Shown: piece by piece, positions 8,007 through 16,330 of the stretch
Layout of the letters: every line of letters begins with the position of its first letter
Position numbering within the stretch: position 1 is the stretch's first letter
Source of the DNA: a virus
Taxonomy: Duplodnaviria > Caudoviricetes
Length of the DNA stretch: 38,122 nucleotides
Strand: one strand, 5' to 3'
IMG/VR virus record: IMGVR_UViG_3300016654_000295
Location: 1 to 38,122 of that record
Translations under genes and position numbers: made by a program
Notes under the pieces: generated by a model
The model's input: only the letters and a program-made list of their open reading frames with translations
Database searches by the model: none
Told to the model about the DNA's origin: nothing

Positions 8007-8233
8007 GGACTGGGGCCTCTCACCAAAGATCCCCCAGCCCAGCGGTGGCGATACCAGCACATACATACCGCCACTTGTAACACCGGCCTGAAACCTCTCA
8101 CCAAAGAAATGCCAGGCCGGTTGCAGCGAGATACATAGGAAGCGTGTAAGTCGCTACATAGCGCGTCGGTCCGGGACCTCTCACCAAGAAATCCCCCGGA
8201 CCGACTGGAACGATGAACAGCACATGCACATCG
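8007..8233. ncRNA. Putative structured RNA/DNA element: array of six hairpins with alternating loop motifs
   Basis: Three inverted repeats with different stems enclose CCTCTCACCAA (8016, 8094, 8177). They alternate with three smaller hairpins, two of which enclose CAGCACAT. Function and strand unknown. Confidence 0.6.
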
Positions 8234-8298
8234 GTCGTGGTCGTAGGATAGGGCGTGCCCCTTTCTGTGGCTAGACCGTAAACGAGGAATTTACGGTT

Positions 8299-8787
8299 AT
8301 GAGTCGAACAGAACAGTCACCGGCCACTGCGCCGGTTCTTCCACTTCGCAAAGCAATCTATCGAGCGGCGCATGATTACCACGGCGGGGTCACCGCTCTG
8401 GCGCTCGATATGGTGATGGATTACGACAGCCTGCAAAAGAAGGTCAAACACGACTTTGAACAGCGCTGGCTCGATCCTGATGAGCTTGAAGAGTTGATAC
8501 GCCTGACGGGCAATCCGTTGTTGTTGGATGCGCTCATGCGGCCCGCTGGTATGGTCTGGTACAAACCCGAAGCAGCCGCCCCGACGAAGACCGCGCTCTT
8601 GGCGGTCAGTAAGGTGCTGCATGAGACGGGACTTTTTGTATCCAGCATGCACGATGGTGCTTCCGATAATGTCTGGGAGCTGCACGAAGTGCAGCTGCTG
8701 GAGAAGCACGGCACCGATGTTATTCGTGCGGTGCTGGGCATTATGGCCGGTGCCCGTGCCGCGATGGAGGCCCGCCAGCATGGTTGA
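8299..8787 (+). CDS. Phage regulatory CII family protein
   Basis: AAHDYHGGVTALA...LQKKV...LIRLTGNPLLLDAL pattern; position after cro; GAGGA RBS. Confidence 0.8.
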   Translation: MSRTEQSPATAPVLPLRKAIYRAAHDYHGGVTALALDMVMDYDSLQKKVKHDFEQRWLDPDELEELIRLTGNPLLLDALMRPAGMVWYKPEAAAPTKTALLAVSKVLHETGLFVSSMHDGASDNVWELHEVQLLEKHGTDVIRAVLGIMAGARAAMEARQHG

Positions 8788-8983
8788 CATCGTAGATACC
8801 GCAAACGACCAGGTCGACTACTTCCTGCAGGTCGCACTGGAGCGCCGTCAGCGCCCAACTTGCGCCGTCAGCGCCCAATTCTGTGAGGATTGCGACGAAC
8901 CTATCCCGTTACTTCGCCAACAGACGATTCAGGGTTGTGCTACCTGCGTCAGTTGCCAGGGGTTGCGGGAGCGGCGGCGATGA
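8780..8983 (+). CDS. TraR/DksA C4-type zinc finger (PtrB-like)
   Basis: MVDIVDTA N-terminus, CEDC...CVSCQ; GGAGG RBS. Confidence 0.9.
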   Translation: MVDIVDTANDQVDYFLQVALERRQRPTCAVSAQFCEDCDEPIPLLRQQTIQGCATCVSCQGLRERRR

Positions 8984-11670
8984 GTGAGCAATCCACCAGC
9001 ACAGCGATATCGTCCTGGGCTCGCCGCTACATCGAAACCTTTAACCTTGCCCTGGTCCCGATTGACCCGGGCGAAAAGGCACCGAAGGGCTTGGGCTGGA
9101 ACAAGCCGGGCGGTTACATCACCGACCCGGCTGCAGCCGAAACATTCTGGCAACGCAACCCCAACCACAACCTGGGCGTAGTGCTCGGGCCAAGCCGCGT
9201 CTGCTCGTTGGACGTCGACGATGTGCAGTGGACACGGTTTGTGTTGTTCGACCAGATGGGCCTCGATCTGGATGCCATGGCGGTGGTCTATCCGACCATC
9301 GTGGGCAATCCGTTGCGGTTCCGCGTGCTGTTCAAAATGCCGGATGACATTGATCTGACGCGCCACTCCCTTTCCTGGCCCAATGAGAAAGACCCCGATG
9401 GGTCGATTCACAAGGCGTTGATGGCTCGGGCGAAGGCGTCGAAAGAGCAGGGGGATGCTGCTGGTGAGGCGGCAGCGAAAGCCGAGGCTGAGGAATACAA
9501 GCGCTTCACGGTGTTTGAGCTGCGCGCCGGACTGGTGCAGGACGTATTCCCGCCATCTATCCATCCGGGTACTGGCAAGCCGTACACCTGGCGCACTCCG
9601 CCGAATGCAGCCGATGGTCTGCCGGTGCTTACCACCGAGCTGCTGAACATTTGGCAGAATTGGGATGTCTTCAAACGCAACGCTGAGGCCGCGTGCCCTT
9701 GGGCGCCGAAACCGAAGAAGCCCGCCGCGAAACCTATCAAGCGTGCTCCACCTGCTGACGGCAAACCCTCGGTGATTGATGAGTTCAACCGGTGCCACGA
9801 TGTGGAAGAGCTGTTGCGTGCCCACGATTACATCAAGCGCGGTAACAAATGGCTGTATCCCCACAGCAGCACTGGGCTGCCAGGTGTGACGGTCACCGAC
9901 CGCAAGGTCTATTCGCACCACGGCGCGGATCCGCTGGCCAATGGTCACCAGAATGACGCCTTTGAGGTGTTTTGCCTGCTGGATCACGATGGTGACCAGT
10001 CGAAGGCGGTGAAGGACGCCGCTCGGATGTTGGGGATGCAGCATTCCACGCGCCCAGCCCCACAAGATCTTCCCCCGGCCCCATCGGCGGATGCGGGCGA
10101 GCTGGACTCAGTCGCCACGCCCAGTGAGGCCGCTCCTGCTGCTGACGGGGGTGCGGGGGAACAGCTGACCTATGAGCAAGTACTCCGGCGGTACGTGTTG
10201 GTCGAGGGCACCACGCAGGTGTGGGACCTCGACAAAGCCCGGGTGATGAAGAAAACCGCGTTTGAGGCCCGTGTCGGTAAGCCGTTGGCGAAACAGTGGA
10301 TGGACGACACCCTCAAAAAGCTGATCTCTGATGACAAGGTTAAGGAGATCGAACAGGCCCGAAAGATGGCGGGCAAGAAGGGCGGTGCGCTGAACCTGGA
10401 GCCGATTGAGCGCTACGTATATATCGATGGGACCAAGGATGTTTGGGACCGTGAAAAAAAGCGACGCGTTGCCGAGGGTGCGGTAAAGATGGCCCTCGGC
10501 GATATGTACGGCATGTGGTTGAACAGTCCGGAACGGCGCGTGGTCGACGTGGAGAACATCGTGTTCGACCCGACGATGACCAAGGATCCCAACGTCTATA
10601 TCAACACCTTCGACGGATTGCCGATGGAGCCCAACCGCGATGACGCGGCGTGCGAGAACCTGCGGTGGTTGATTTCGTTCCTGTGCAACCATGATCAGTC
10701 GTCGCGGGATTGGCTAGTGAAGTGGTTGGCTTACCCGTTGCAGCACCTGGGTGCCAAGATGGATACGGCGGTGCTGGCTCACTCGACCATGGAGGGCTCG
10801 GGCAAAAGCCTGCTGTTCGCCGATGCGTTCGGGCTGCTTTACGGTCAGTACGCCGCCACGGTCGGGCAGACTCAGCTCGAAAGCAACTTCAACGCGTGGC
10901 AAAGCCGCAAGCTGTGGTCAGTGTTTGAGGAAGTCGTAAGCCGCGACCAGCGTTACAACCAGGTCGGCAAGATCAAGCACCTGGTCACCGGCAAGACGGT
11001 GCGGATGGAGTCGAAGTTCATCAACGGTTGGGAGGAAGCCAACCACATGAATGCTGCGTTCCTCAGCAACGAGATTATGCCCTGGCCGATCGCGCCCAGT
11101 GATCGGCGCATGTTAGTGCTGTGGCCGATGGAGACACTGCCGGTTGAGCGTCAAAAGGCCGTGGGCCGTGAGCTGCTGAATGGTGGTGTCGAGGCGCTGT
11201 ACGCATGGTTGTTGTCCATTAACCTGGGGGACTTTGACCAGCGCACCAGGCCACCCAGCACTGATGCGCGCGAGCGGTTGGTAGCGTTGAGTCGGGCCAG
11301 CTGGCAGACTTTCCTGTTCCTCTGGCAATACGGCGAGCTTGGGCGCGATATGTGGGGCGCCTGTTTGTCGACCGACCTCTATGCGATGTTTCTGGAGTGG
11401 TGTCATCGCAACAAAGAGCATGTGATGAGTCAGACGAAGTTCTCATTGTTCATCAGCTCGGAGGTGGATAAGACCCGCGCCATCCCCTGGACTGACGGCA
11501 GCAATCGCAAGTTCGGGGCGTTCTTCTTTCCGCGTGATGACCAGGCTTCCCAGCCCCCATCAGTCAGTTCGGCCGACCTGGGCAAGGCGGTGGTTGCTTG
11601 GCGGGCGGCTGCGCGCCTGGCGGGGTGGAACGTCGACAATTGGGACCATATCAAGGCGGCTGCAGCATGA
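8980..11670 (+). CDS. Bifunctional DNA primase/polymerase fused to SF3-type helicase (DUF5906-like)
   Basis: N-terminal KAP...W, NLGV...LDVD, PPSIHPGTGKPYTW; C-terminal GSGKS Walker A, VFEE Walker B, FLSN, DRR. Confidence 0.9.
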   Translation: MSEQSTSTAISSWARRYIETFNLALVPIDPGEKAPKGLGWNKPGGYITDPAAAETFWQRNPNHNLGVVLGPSRVCSLDVDDVQWTRFVLFDQMGLDLDAMAVVYPTIVGNPLRFRVLFKMPDDIDLTRHSLSWPNEKDPDGSIHKALMARAKASKEQGDAAGEAAAKAEAEEYKRFTVFELRAGLVQDVFPPSIHPGTGKPYTWRTPPNAADGLPVLTTELLNIWQNWDVFKRNAEAACPWAPKPKKPAAKPIKRAPPADGKPSVIDEFNRCHDVEELLRAHDYIKRGNKWLYPHSSTGLPGVTVTDRKVYSHHGADPLANGHQNDAFEVFCLLDHDGDQSKAVKDAARMLGMQHSTRPAPQDLPPAPSADAGELDSVATPSEAAPAADGGAGEQLTYEQVLRRYVLVEGTTQVWDLDKARVMKKTAFEARVGKPLAKQWMDDTLKKLISDDKVKEIEQARKMAGKKGGALNLEPIERYVYIDGTKDVWDREKKRRVAEGAVKMALGDMYGMWLNSPERRVVDVENIVFDPTMTKDPNVYINTFDGLPMEPNRDDAACENLRWLISFLCNHDQSSRDWLVKWLAYPLQHLGAKMDTAVLAHSTMEGSGKSLLFADAFGLLYGQYAATVGQTQLESNFNAWQSRKLWSVFEEVVSRDQRYNQVGKIKHLVTGKTVRMESKFINGWEEANHMNAAFLSNEIMPWPIAPSDRRMLVLWPMETLPVERQKAVGRELLNGGVEALYAWLLSINLGDFDQRTRPPSTDARERLVALSRASWQTFLFLWQYGELGRDMWGACLSTDLYAMFLEWCHRNKEHVMSQTKFSLFISSEVDKTRAIPWTDGSNRKFGAFFFPRDDQASQPPSVSSADLGKAVVAWRAAARLAGWNVDNWDHIKAAAA

Positions 11671-11683
11671 GTCCGACAAAAAG

Positions 11684-11971
11684 TGTGTTGGGTGTGTTGG
11701 GTGTGTGTTGGGTTGGTTTTCGATACCCCACACAGTTTGAAGCCTTCTATTTCGCGGCTTTCCGCCTTGTGTGTTGGGTGTGTTGGGTTTGGCGTCGCGC
11801 ACGCGCATGGGCGACGTTATTTGAATCCATGGCAGCAACATTTTTTTCTCATGCGAGAACCGTTAAACCCAACACACCCAACACACTCAACACATTTGAT
11901 TTAAAGCTATTGAATTTAAAGGGTTTTAGGTGTGTTGGGTTTGTGTTGGGTATGGCGTTTTTTGTGTCGGG
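11684..11971. repeat. TGTGTTGGG iteron cluster, putative replication origin
   Basis: Direct copies at 11684, 11693, 11704, 11770, 11779, 11931, 11942 (variant 11963); inverted copies at 11868, 11877 (variant 11886); AT-rich spacer ~11895-11920; directly after the primase-helicase. Confidence 0.75.
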
Positions 11972-11998
11972 TTGGGTTTTGAGCGTGGGAGCGGGGCG

Positions 11999-12481
11999 AT
12001 GATCGAAGAAATGGAAACTCTGTTGAAGCATTGGGGCGAGCAAACGCGGCGCTGTGGCTCTGCCGGTGGTTTGGGCAGCCCGATGGCCACGATCATGGAG
12101 TGGGGTGGATGCGCGCCGCGTGGCACGCCTGGGTCGCGGATCCTTCTTGATGGCGGCGCTGGCATTGATGCTGTTGCGCAAGAAGTCGCGGCGGCGCTGG
12201 CTGAGGTGAGCCGTCAAGATGAACGCGGTCAAATGCTGGAGCGTCTGGCGGTGCTACGTTATACCGATGACTCGGCGCCGACGTGGTTGATGCAATTGCA
12301 CCAGGTCGGGTCTCAGTCCCGAGCGAAGCAGACCTACTATGACTTGGTGCATAGCCTGCACCTGCGACTTCTACAGGCGTTGGCTGATCGGTCTGGGGCT
12401 CGTAAATGGCTTACCGCTGGTCAGGGAGCTTTGCCTCAAAGTCTCCTCAAAGCTGCGTCAAAGTTGCGTCGAGTCAGTTAA
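11999..12481 (+). CDS. PA0613-like putative late regulator / Q-like antiterminator
   Basis: LLKHWGEQ...GGLGSPMATIMEWGG pattern; sits in the Q position before a terminator and the holin. Confidence 0.65.
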   Translation: MIEEMETLLKHWGEQTRRCGSAGGLGSPMATIMEWGGCAPRGTPGSRILLDGGAGIDAVAQEVAAALAEVSRQDERGQMLERLAVLRYTDDSAPTWLMQLHQVGSQSRAKQTYYDLVHSLHLRLLQALADRSGARKWLTAGQGALPQSLLKAASKLRRVS

Positions 12482-12608
12482 CCGAAATTGCCCCCTTTTC
12501 GGTTCCGTACTCAGGGGGTAAAAAGTCCCCACGATATGGAATTTGCGCCTTGGCGCTGACCTCGCACGTGCTGTGCAGCTTCACCCGGTTTCCCTAGACC
12601 GGTCACTT

Positions 12609-12636
12609 AACCCCGCTTCGGCGGGGTTTTCTTTTT
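12609..12636 (+). terminator. Intrinsic terminator before late genes (tR'-like)
   Basis: AACCCCGC-TTCG-GCGGGGTT followed by TTCTTTTT. Confidence 0.85.
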
Positions 12637-12670
12637 CTGCCCGATGGGTGTCTGCAATGGAGTTATCAGC

Positions 12671-13036
12671 ATGGGCGAGCCAGCGAGCACGGCTGCAACT
12701 GTTGTCGTGGCCGGCGGTGCCGGTGCTGCTGTAACGGGTTTGTTTACCGGAATTGATGCACTCGCCGTGATCGGTGCACTTGCCGGTGCGCTGGTGTTCT
12801 TCACCACCACCGAAGAGTTGCCGGTCTGGAAACGGGTGGTGTTCCTTTTGGTGTCCTTCGTCATGGGCTATCTGTTCGCCCCAAGCCTCGGCGAGTTGGA
12901 GTTGTGGGGCATTCGGCCGTTCAAGCACTCCGGGCCAGCTGCATTCGGTGCGTCGGTGCTGGTGGTCACGGTCGCACTCGCCATCATCAAGCGACGCGGT
13001 ATCGATGCCGAACCGCATGGGAGGCAGGATGGATAG
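12671..13036 (+). CDS. Putative holin
   Basis: Several hydrophobic segments, IGALAGALVFF, charged C-terminus; GGAG RBS. Confidence 0.75.
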   Translation: MGEPASTAATVVVAGGAGAAVTGLFTGIDALAVIGALAGALVFFTTTEELPVWKRVVFLLVSFVMGYLFAPSLGELELWGIRPFKHSGPAAFGASVLVVTVALAIIKRRGIDAEPHGRQDG

Positions 13037-13319
13037 TCATGTGATTCAGGAAGTGCTAACCCAGTTCACGTTCTGGCTGTGCGTGGCACTGTTCGTCCGG
13101 CTGTTCACCTTCCGGCGCCGTGGTGCCCGTTTCCGCAGAGACATGAGTTGCCTTGCCTGGTTGGTGATGGTCGCGTCCGGCGCAGTCATCGTCTACATCG
13201 GCAAGGGTCAGTTGATCATGCCGCGTAACTCGTGGCCGTTGGTGCTGCTGCTGGCGGTGTTCGTTGGGTCGGTGTGCCAGAGTTCGGGCAACCTGGCCCG
13301 GGTGTGGAGAGTGGGCTGA
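13029..13319 (+). CDS. Second holin-like membrane protein (DUF754-like)
   Basis: RLFTFRRRGARFRR...LAWL...GNLARV, three hydrophobic segments. Confidence 0.75.
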   Translation: MDSHVIQEVLTQFTFWLCVALFVRLFTFRRRGARFRRDMSCLAWLVMVASGAVIVYIGKGQLIMPRNSWPLVLLLAVFVGSVCQSSGNLARVWRVG

Positions 13320-13687
13320 TGAGTAAGGTGTCTGATGACCGGCGCGGCAGCAGCACCGAACGTGGTTACGGGTACAAATGGCAGAAGTCCCGCGACGGGC
13401 ACCTGCGTGAGAATCCCTATTGCACGATGTGCTCGACCGACCAACGTCCTGTCGCCGCCAGCGTTGTCGACCACAAGGTTGCGCCCAAGCTCAAGGACGC
13501 CAAGGACAGCGGTGATCCGGAGCGTCTCAAGGCTGCCTGGAAGTTGTTCTGGAATCCAGCAAACTGGGCAAGCCTCTGTAAGTTCTGCCACGACTCGACC
13601 AAGCAGCGGATGGAGCGGACCGGCACGGTCCCTGGCTGCAACCCTGACGGCCGCCCGGTGGACCCTGGGCATCACTGGAATCGATGA
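13319..13687 (+). CDS. Packaging-associated HNH endonuclease (HK97 gp74-like)
   Basis: RGYGYKWQ, PYCTMC, VVDHK, NWASLCKFCHDS; upstream of terS. Confidence 0.9.
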   Translation: MSKVSDDRRGSSTERGYGYKWQKSRDGHLRENPYCTMCSTDQRPVAASVVDHKVAPKLKDAKDSGDPERLKAAWKLFWNPANWASLCKFCHDSTKQRMERTGTVPGCNPDGRPVDPGHHWNR

Positions 13688-13724
13688 CCTTGGGGCGAAA
13701 ATGCACCAAAAAAGCGCATCCCGG

Positions 13725-13820
13725 AGGGTAGGGGGGGTGAAAAACCTTTTTCGAAATTTCTTCTAGACCGCTCGCCCCCCGTCGTGTGCAACGTCGGGAT
13801 AAATGAGGGAGGGGGGGTAT
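13725..13820. other. Candidate cos region
   Basis: Non-coding gap between HNH and terS with G-runs and GACCGCTCGCCCCCC (13766-13780), the usual location of 3'-overhang cos sites; exact cut unknown. Confidence 0.45.
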
Positions 13821-13838
13821 CAATAGGCAGGGGTATTT

Positions 13839-14372
13839 ATGGCCGGAAACGGAAACTCAGGTCGCCCCGGAACGCCGGCGGCGCTGAAATTATTGCAAGG
13901 AAATCGCGGGCGTGAAAATGTCAGCGATCTGTTGGCCCAAGTCGCGGCACCGCCAGTTCCAGTTGGCGCTCCACCTATGCCGGACGTGCTTTCTGCTGAT
14001 GCGGTCGCCGAGTGGGAGCAGTTGGTACCGGCGCTGATCTCCCTGGGCATCATTTCTAAATTGGATTCGATGGCGCTGGCGACCTACTGCCAGGCGACCG
14101 CCGATTGGCGCCGGTACCAGCGGCTGATCACGAAGCGCAACGACGCCTCCGATGATGACCTGGGCGGCGACATCCAGACGTTCAAAACCGGCGCGCAGCA
14201 AATGCACGTCCTTCGCCAGCTCGCGAATGACGCCGAAAAGCGCGCCAACGCCGCCGGCGCCCAGTTCGGCCTGTCGCCTATGTCCCGGCGCAATCTGAAA
14301 ACGTCGCCGGCGCCGCAAGGTGAGCTATTCCCCAATGAGCAACGAGACGCCGCAGACAAGTACTTCAACTGA
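13839..14372 (+). CDS. terS: Terminase small subunit, P27 family
   Basis: PAALKLLQGNRGR, LATYCQA, FGLSPMSR. Confidence 0.9.
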   Translation: MAGNGNSGRPGTPAALKLLQGNRGRENVSDLLAQVAAPPVPVGAPPMPDVLSADAVAEWEQLVPALISLGIISKLDSMALATYCQATADWRRYQRLITKRNDASDDDLGGDIQTFKTGAQQMHVLRQLANDAEKRANAAGAQFGLSPMSRRNLKTSPAPQGELFPNEQRDAADKYFN

Positions 14373-16158
14373 TGATCGCGTCAGCGCATTTGCCCTGGCG
14401 GTATTGGCGGGCGATATCGTCGCCGGTCCCGATGTCCGCAATGCCTGCAAGCGGCATTTGCAGGACCTGAAACATGGGCCAGCGCGTGGCTTGATCTGGG
14501 ATCTGGGAAAGGCCAACCGAGCCATAGGTTTTTTCGAAGAGGTGCTTTGCCTCAACGGCGGCGACTACGAAGGCATGCCGTTCACGCTGGCCCCGTGGCA
14601 ATCCTTTGTCATCGGCAGCCTGTTCGGCTGGATGACGGTGGACGGGTTCCGCCGCTTCCGATTGGGCTACATCGAAACCGGTAAGGGCTCAGGAAAAAGC
14701 CCGCTGGTTGCTGGTATTGGCCTTTATGGCTTGGTGTCGGATGGCGAGCAACGAGCCGAGATCTATGCCGCTGCGACCAAGCGTGATCAGGCAATGATCC
14801 TGTTTCGTGACGCCGTGTCGATGGTCGACATGTCCACCAAACTCCGATCGCGGCTGGTGCAGTCGGGCCGGGACGAAAAGGTGTGGAACCTGTTCTACCC
14901 CAACACCAATTCGTTCTTCCGGCCGATCAGTGCCGACGAAGGCAAGTCAGGCCCACGGCCTCACATCGGCCTGCTTGATGAGGTGCACGAACACAAAACC
15001 GCTGCCACCGTAAACATGATGCGCGCGGGTACCAAGAACCGCCGCAAGGCCATGGTGGTGATGATCACCAACAGTGGCTCCGACAAGAAAACGGTGTGTG
15101 GTCAGTACCATGACCTGGGCGTGCGCATCTGCGCCGGCATCGAAGATGACGACAGCTTCTTTGCCTTCATCTGTTCGCTCGACGAGGGCGATGATCCATT
15201 CAAAGACGAAAGCTGCTGGGCGAAGGTCAACCCCTCGCTCGATCACATCGCAGAAGGCCAGGCCGACGGCATCCCAGGTCGCAAGTACTTGCGTGAGCAG
15301 GTCAAAGCTGCCCGAGGGCTGCCGGCTCAAGAGTCCGTGGTGCGGCGCCTCAACTTCTGTGAGTGGACCCAGGCTGACGCCCCGTGGATTTCCTGGGCTG
15401 TTTGGAAGCAGGCAGAAGAGCGCGTGCCTATGCGGATGTTGCGCAACCGGCGCTGTGTCGGCGGGTTGGACTTGGCGAGCACCACGGATCTGACCGCGTT
15501 CGTTCTGTTGTTCTGGCCCGCGCCGCACGATCCGCACTGGCGGGTACTGCCGTACTTCTGGATCCCGGACGACGATCTGCAAGGCCGAGAGGATCGCGAC
15601 AAGGTGCCTTACGCAATGTGGGTTAAGGCGGGGCACCTTGAAACAACACCAGGGCGGGCCATCAGCAAGCTCCATGTGCTGCGGCGCCTGGTCACGATCA
15701 CCGCGTACTTCGGTGTGGAGCGCATCGCCTACGACCGTTGGCGGATCGAAGACCTCCTGCAACTGATGTCGGAATACGACATCACGCTGCCCGAGATGGT
15801 GGGCTTCGGCCAAGGTTTCAAGGACATGGGCCCCGCCGTTGACGAGTTTGAACGGCGCCTGCTTGGCCTCGCTCCCGAGACTGAGGGTGACGGTGTGATC
15901 GACCTCGATCCGAGCGAATGGGAGTTGGTAGAAAGCGAAACAGTCGAAACCCTGCGACATGACGGTAACCCCGTAATGACTTGGAACGCCGGCAACGCGG
16001 TAATCGTTTCTGACCCAGCCAACAACCGCAAAGCCGACAAGGCCAAGGCGACGGGCCGTATCGACGGCATTGTCGCTGCCATCATGGCCACTGGCATAAG
16101 CGGTAAAGCCGCCGGCGCCGGTGGCACATCCATTTACGACGAAGGGGTCGGTATATGA
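14335..16158 (+). CDS. terL: Terminase large subunit
   Basis: GKGSGKS Walker A, LLDEVHEH Walker B, GLDLASTTDL, RIDGIVA; start uncertain. Confidence 0.95.
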   Translation: MSNETPQTSTSTDDRVSAFALAVLAGDIVAGPDVRNACKRHLQDLKHGPARGLIWDLGKANRAIGFFEEVLCLNGGDYEGMPFTLAPWQSFVIGSLFGWMTVDGFRRFRLGYIETGKGSGKSPLVAGIGLYGLVSDGEQRAEIYAAATKRDQAMILFRDAVSMVDMSTKLRSRLVQSGRDEKVWNLFYPNTNSFFRPISADEGKSGPRPHIGLLDEVHEHKTAATVNMMRAGTKNRRKAMVVMITNSGSDKKTVCGQYHDLGVRICAGIEDDDSFFAFICSLDEGDDPFKDESCWAKVNPSLDHIAEGQADGIPGRKYLREQVKAARGLPAQESVVRRLNFCEWTQADAPWISWAVWKQAEERVPMRMLRNRRCVGGLDLASTTDLTAFVLLFWPAPHDPHWRVLPYFWIPDDDLQGREDRDKVPYAMWVKAGHLETTPGRAISKLHVLRRLVTITAYFGVERIAYDRWRIEDLLQLMSEYDITLPEMVGFGQGFKDMGPAVDEFERRLLGLAPETEGDGVIDLDPSEWELVESETVETLRHDGNPVMTWNAGNAVIVSDPANNRKADKAKATGRIDGIVAAIMATGISGKAAGAGGTSIYDEGVGI

Positions 16159-16328
16159 AATTGGTCATCGTGTCCTGGCTGGCCGGCCTGCTGGGCTTCT
16201 GCCTGCTGGTCGGCGGCGTGGCGATGGTTCACGTCCCCGCTGCGTGTGTTGTCGCGGGCGTCGGGCTTATGGCCTGGTCCTGGCTGGCGGATCGCGCAGC
16301 TGCCGCCATGAAACCCAAAGGAGGCTGA
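16155..16328 (+). CDS. Small two-TM membrane protein between terL and portal
   Basis: 57-aa ORF read manually (MKLVIVSWLAGLLGFCLLVGGVAMVHVPAACVVAGVGLMAWSWLADRAAAAMKPKGG); ATGA overlap with terL. Confidence 0.75.
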   Translation: MKLVIVSWLAGLLGFCLLVGGVAMVHVPAACVVAGVGLMAWSWLADRAAAAMKPKGG

Positions 16329-16330
16329 GC

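Noticed and set aside
8007-8233. CRISPR mini-array
   Set aside because: The conserved part is only ~12 nt and lies in loops, stems differ, and no cas genes are present
8929-10065. Long antisense ORFs (also 14947-15960, 18528-19361, 2002-2658)
   Set aside because: Shadows of GC-rich coding genes with no recognisable motifs
2964-11670. Z-genome (2-aminoadenine) pathway suggested by HD hydrolase plus Prim-Pol
   Set aside because: No PurZ or MazZ-like gene; the HD protein fits the common YfdR type
11534-12002. Overlapping ORFs rich in CWVC, VLG or PNT repeats
   Set aside because: Translations of the 9-bp iterons; better explained as non-coding, though the frame starting at 11667 overlaps the primase stop and cannot be fully excluded
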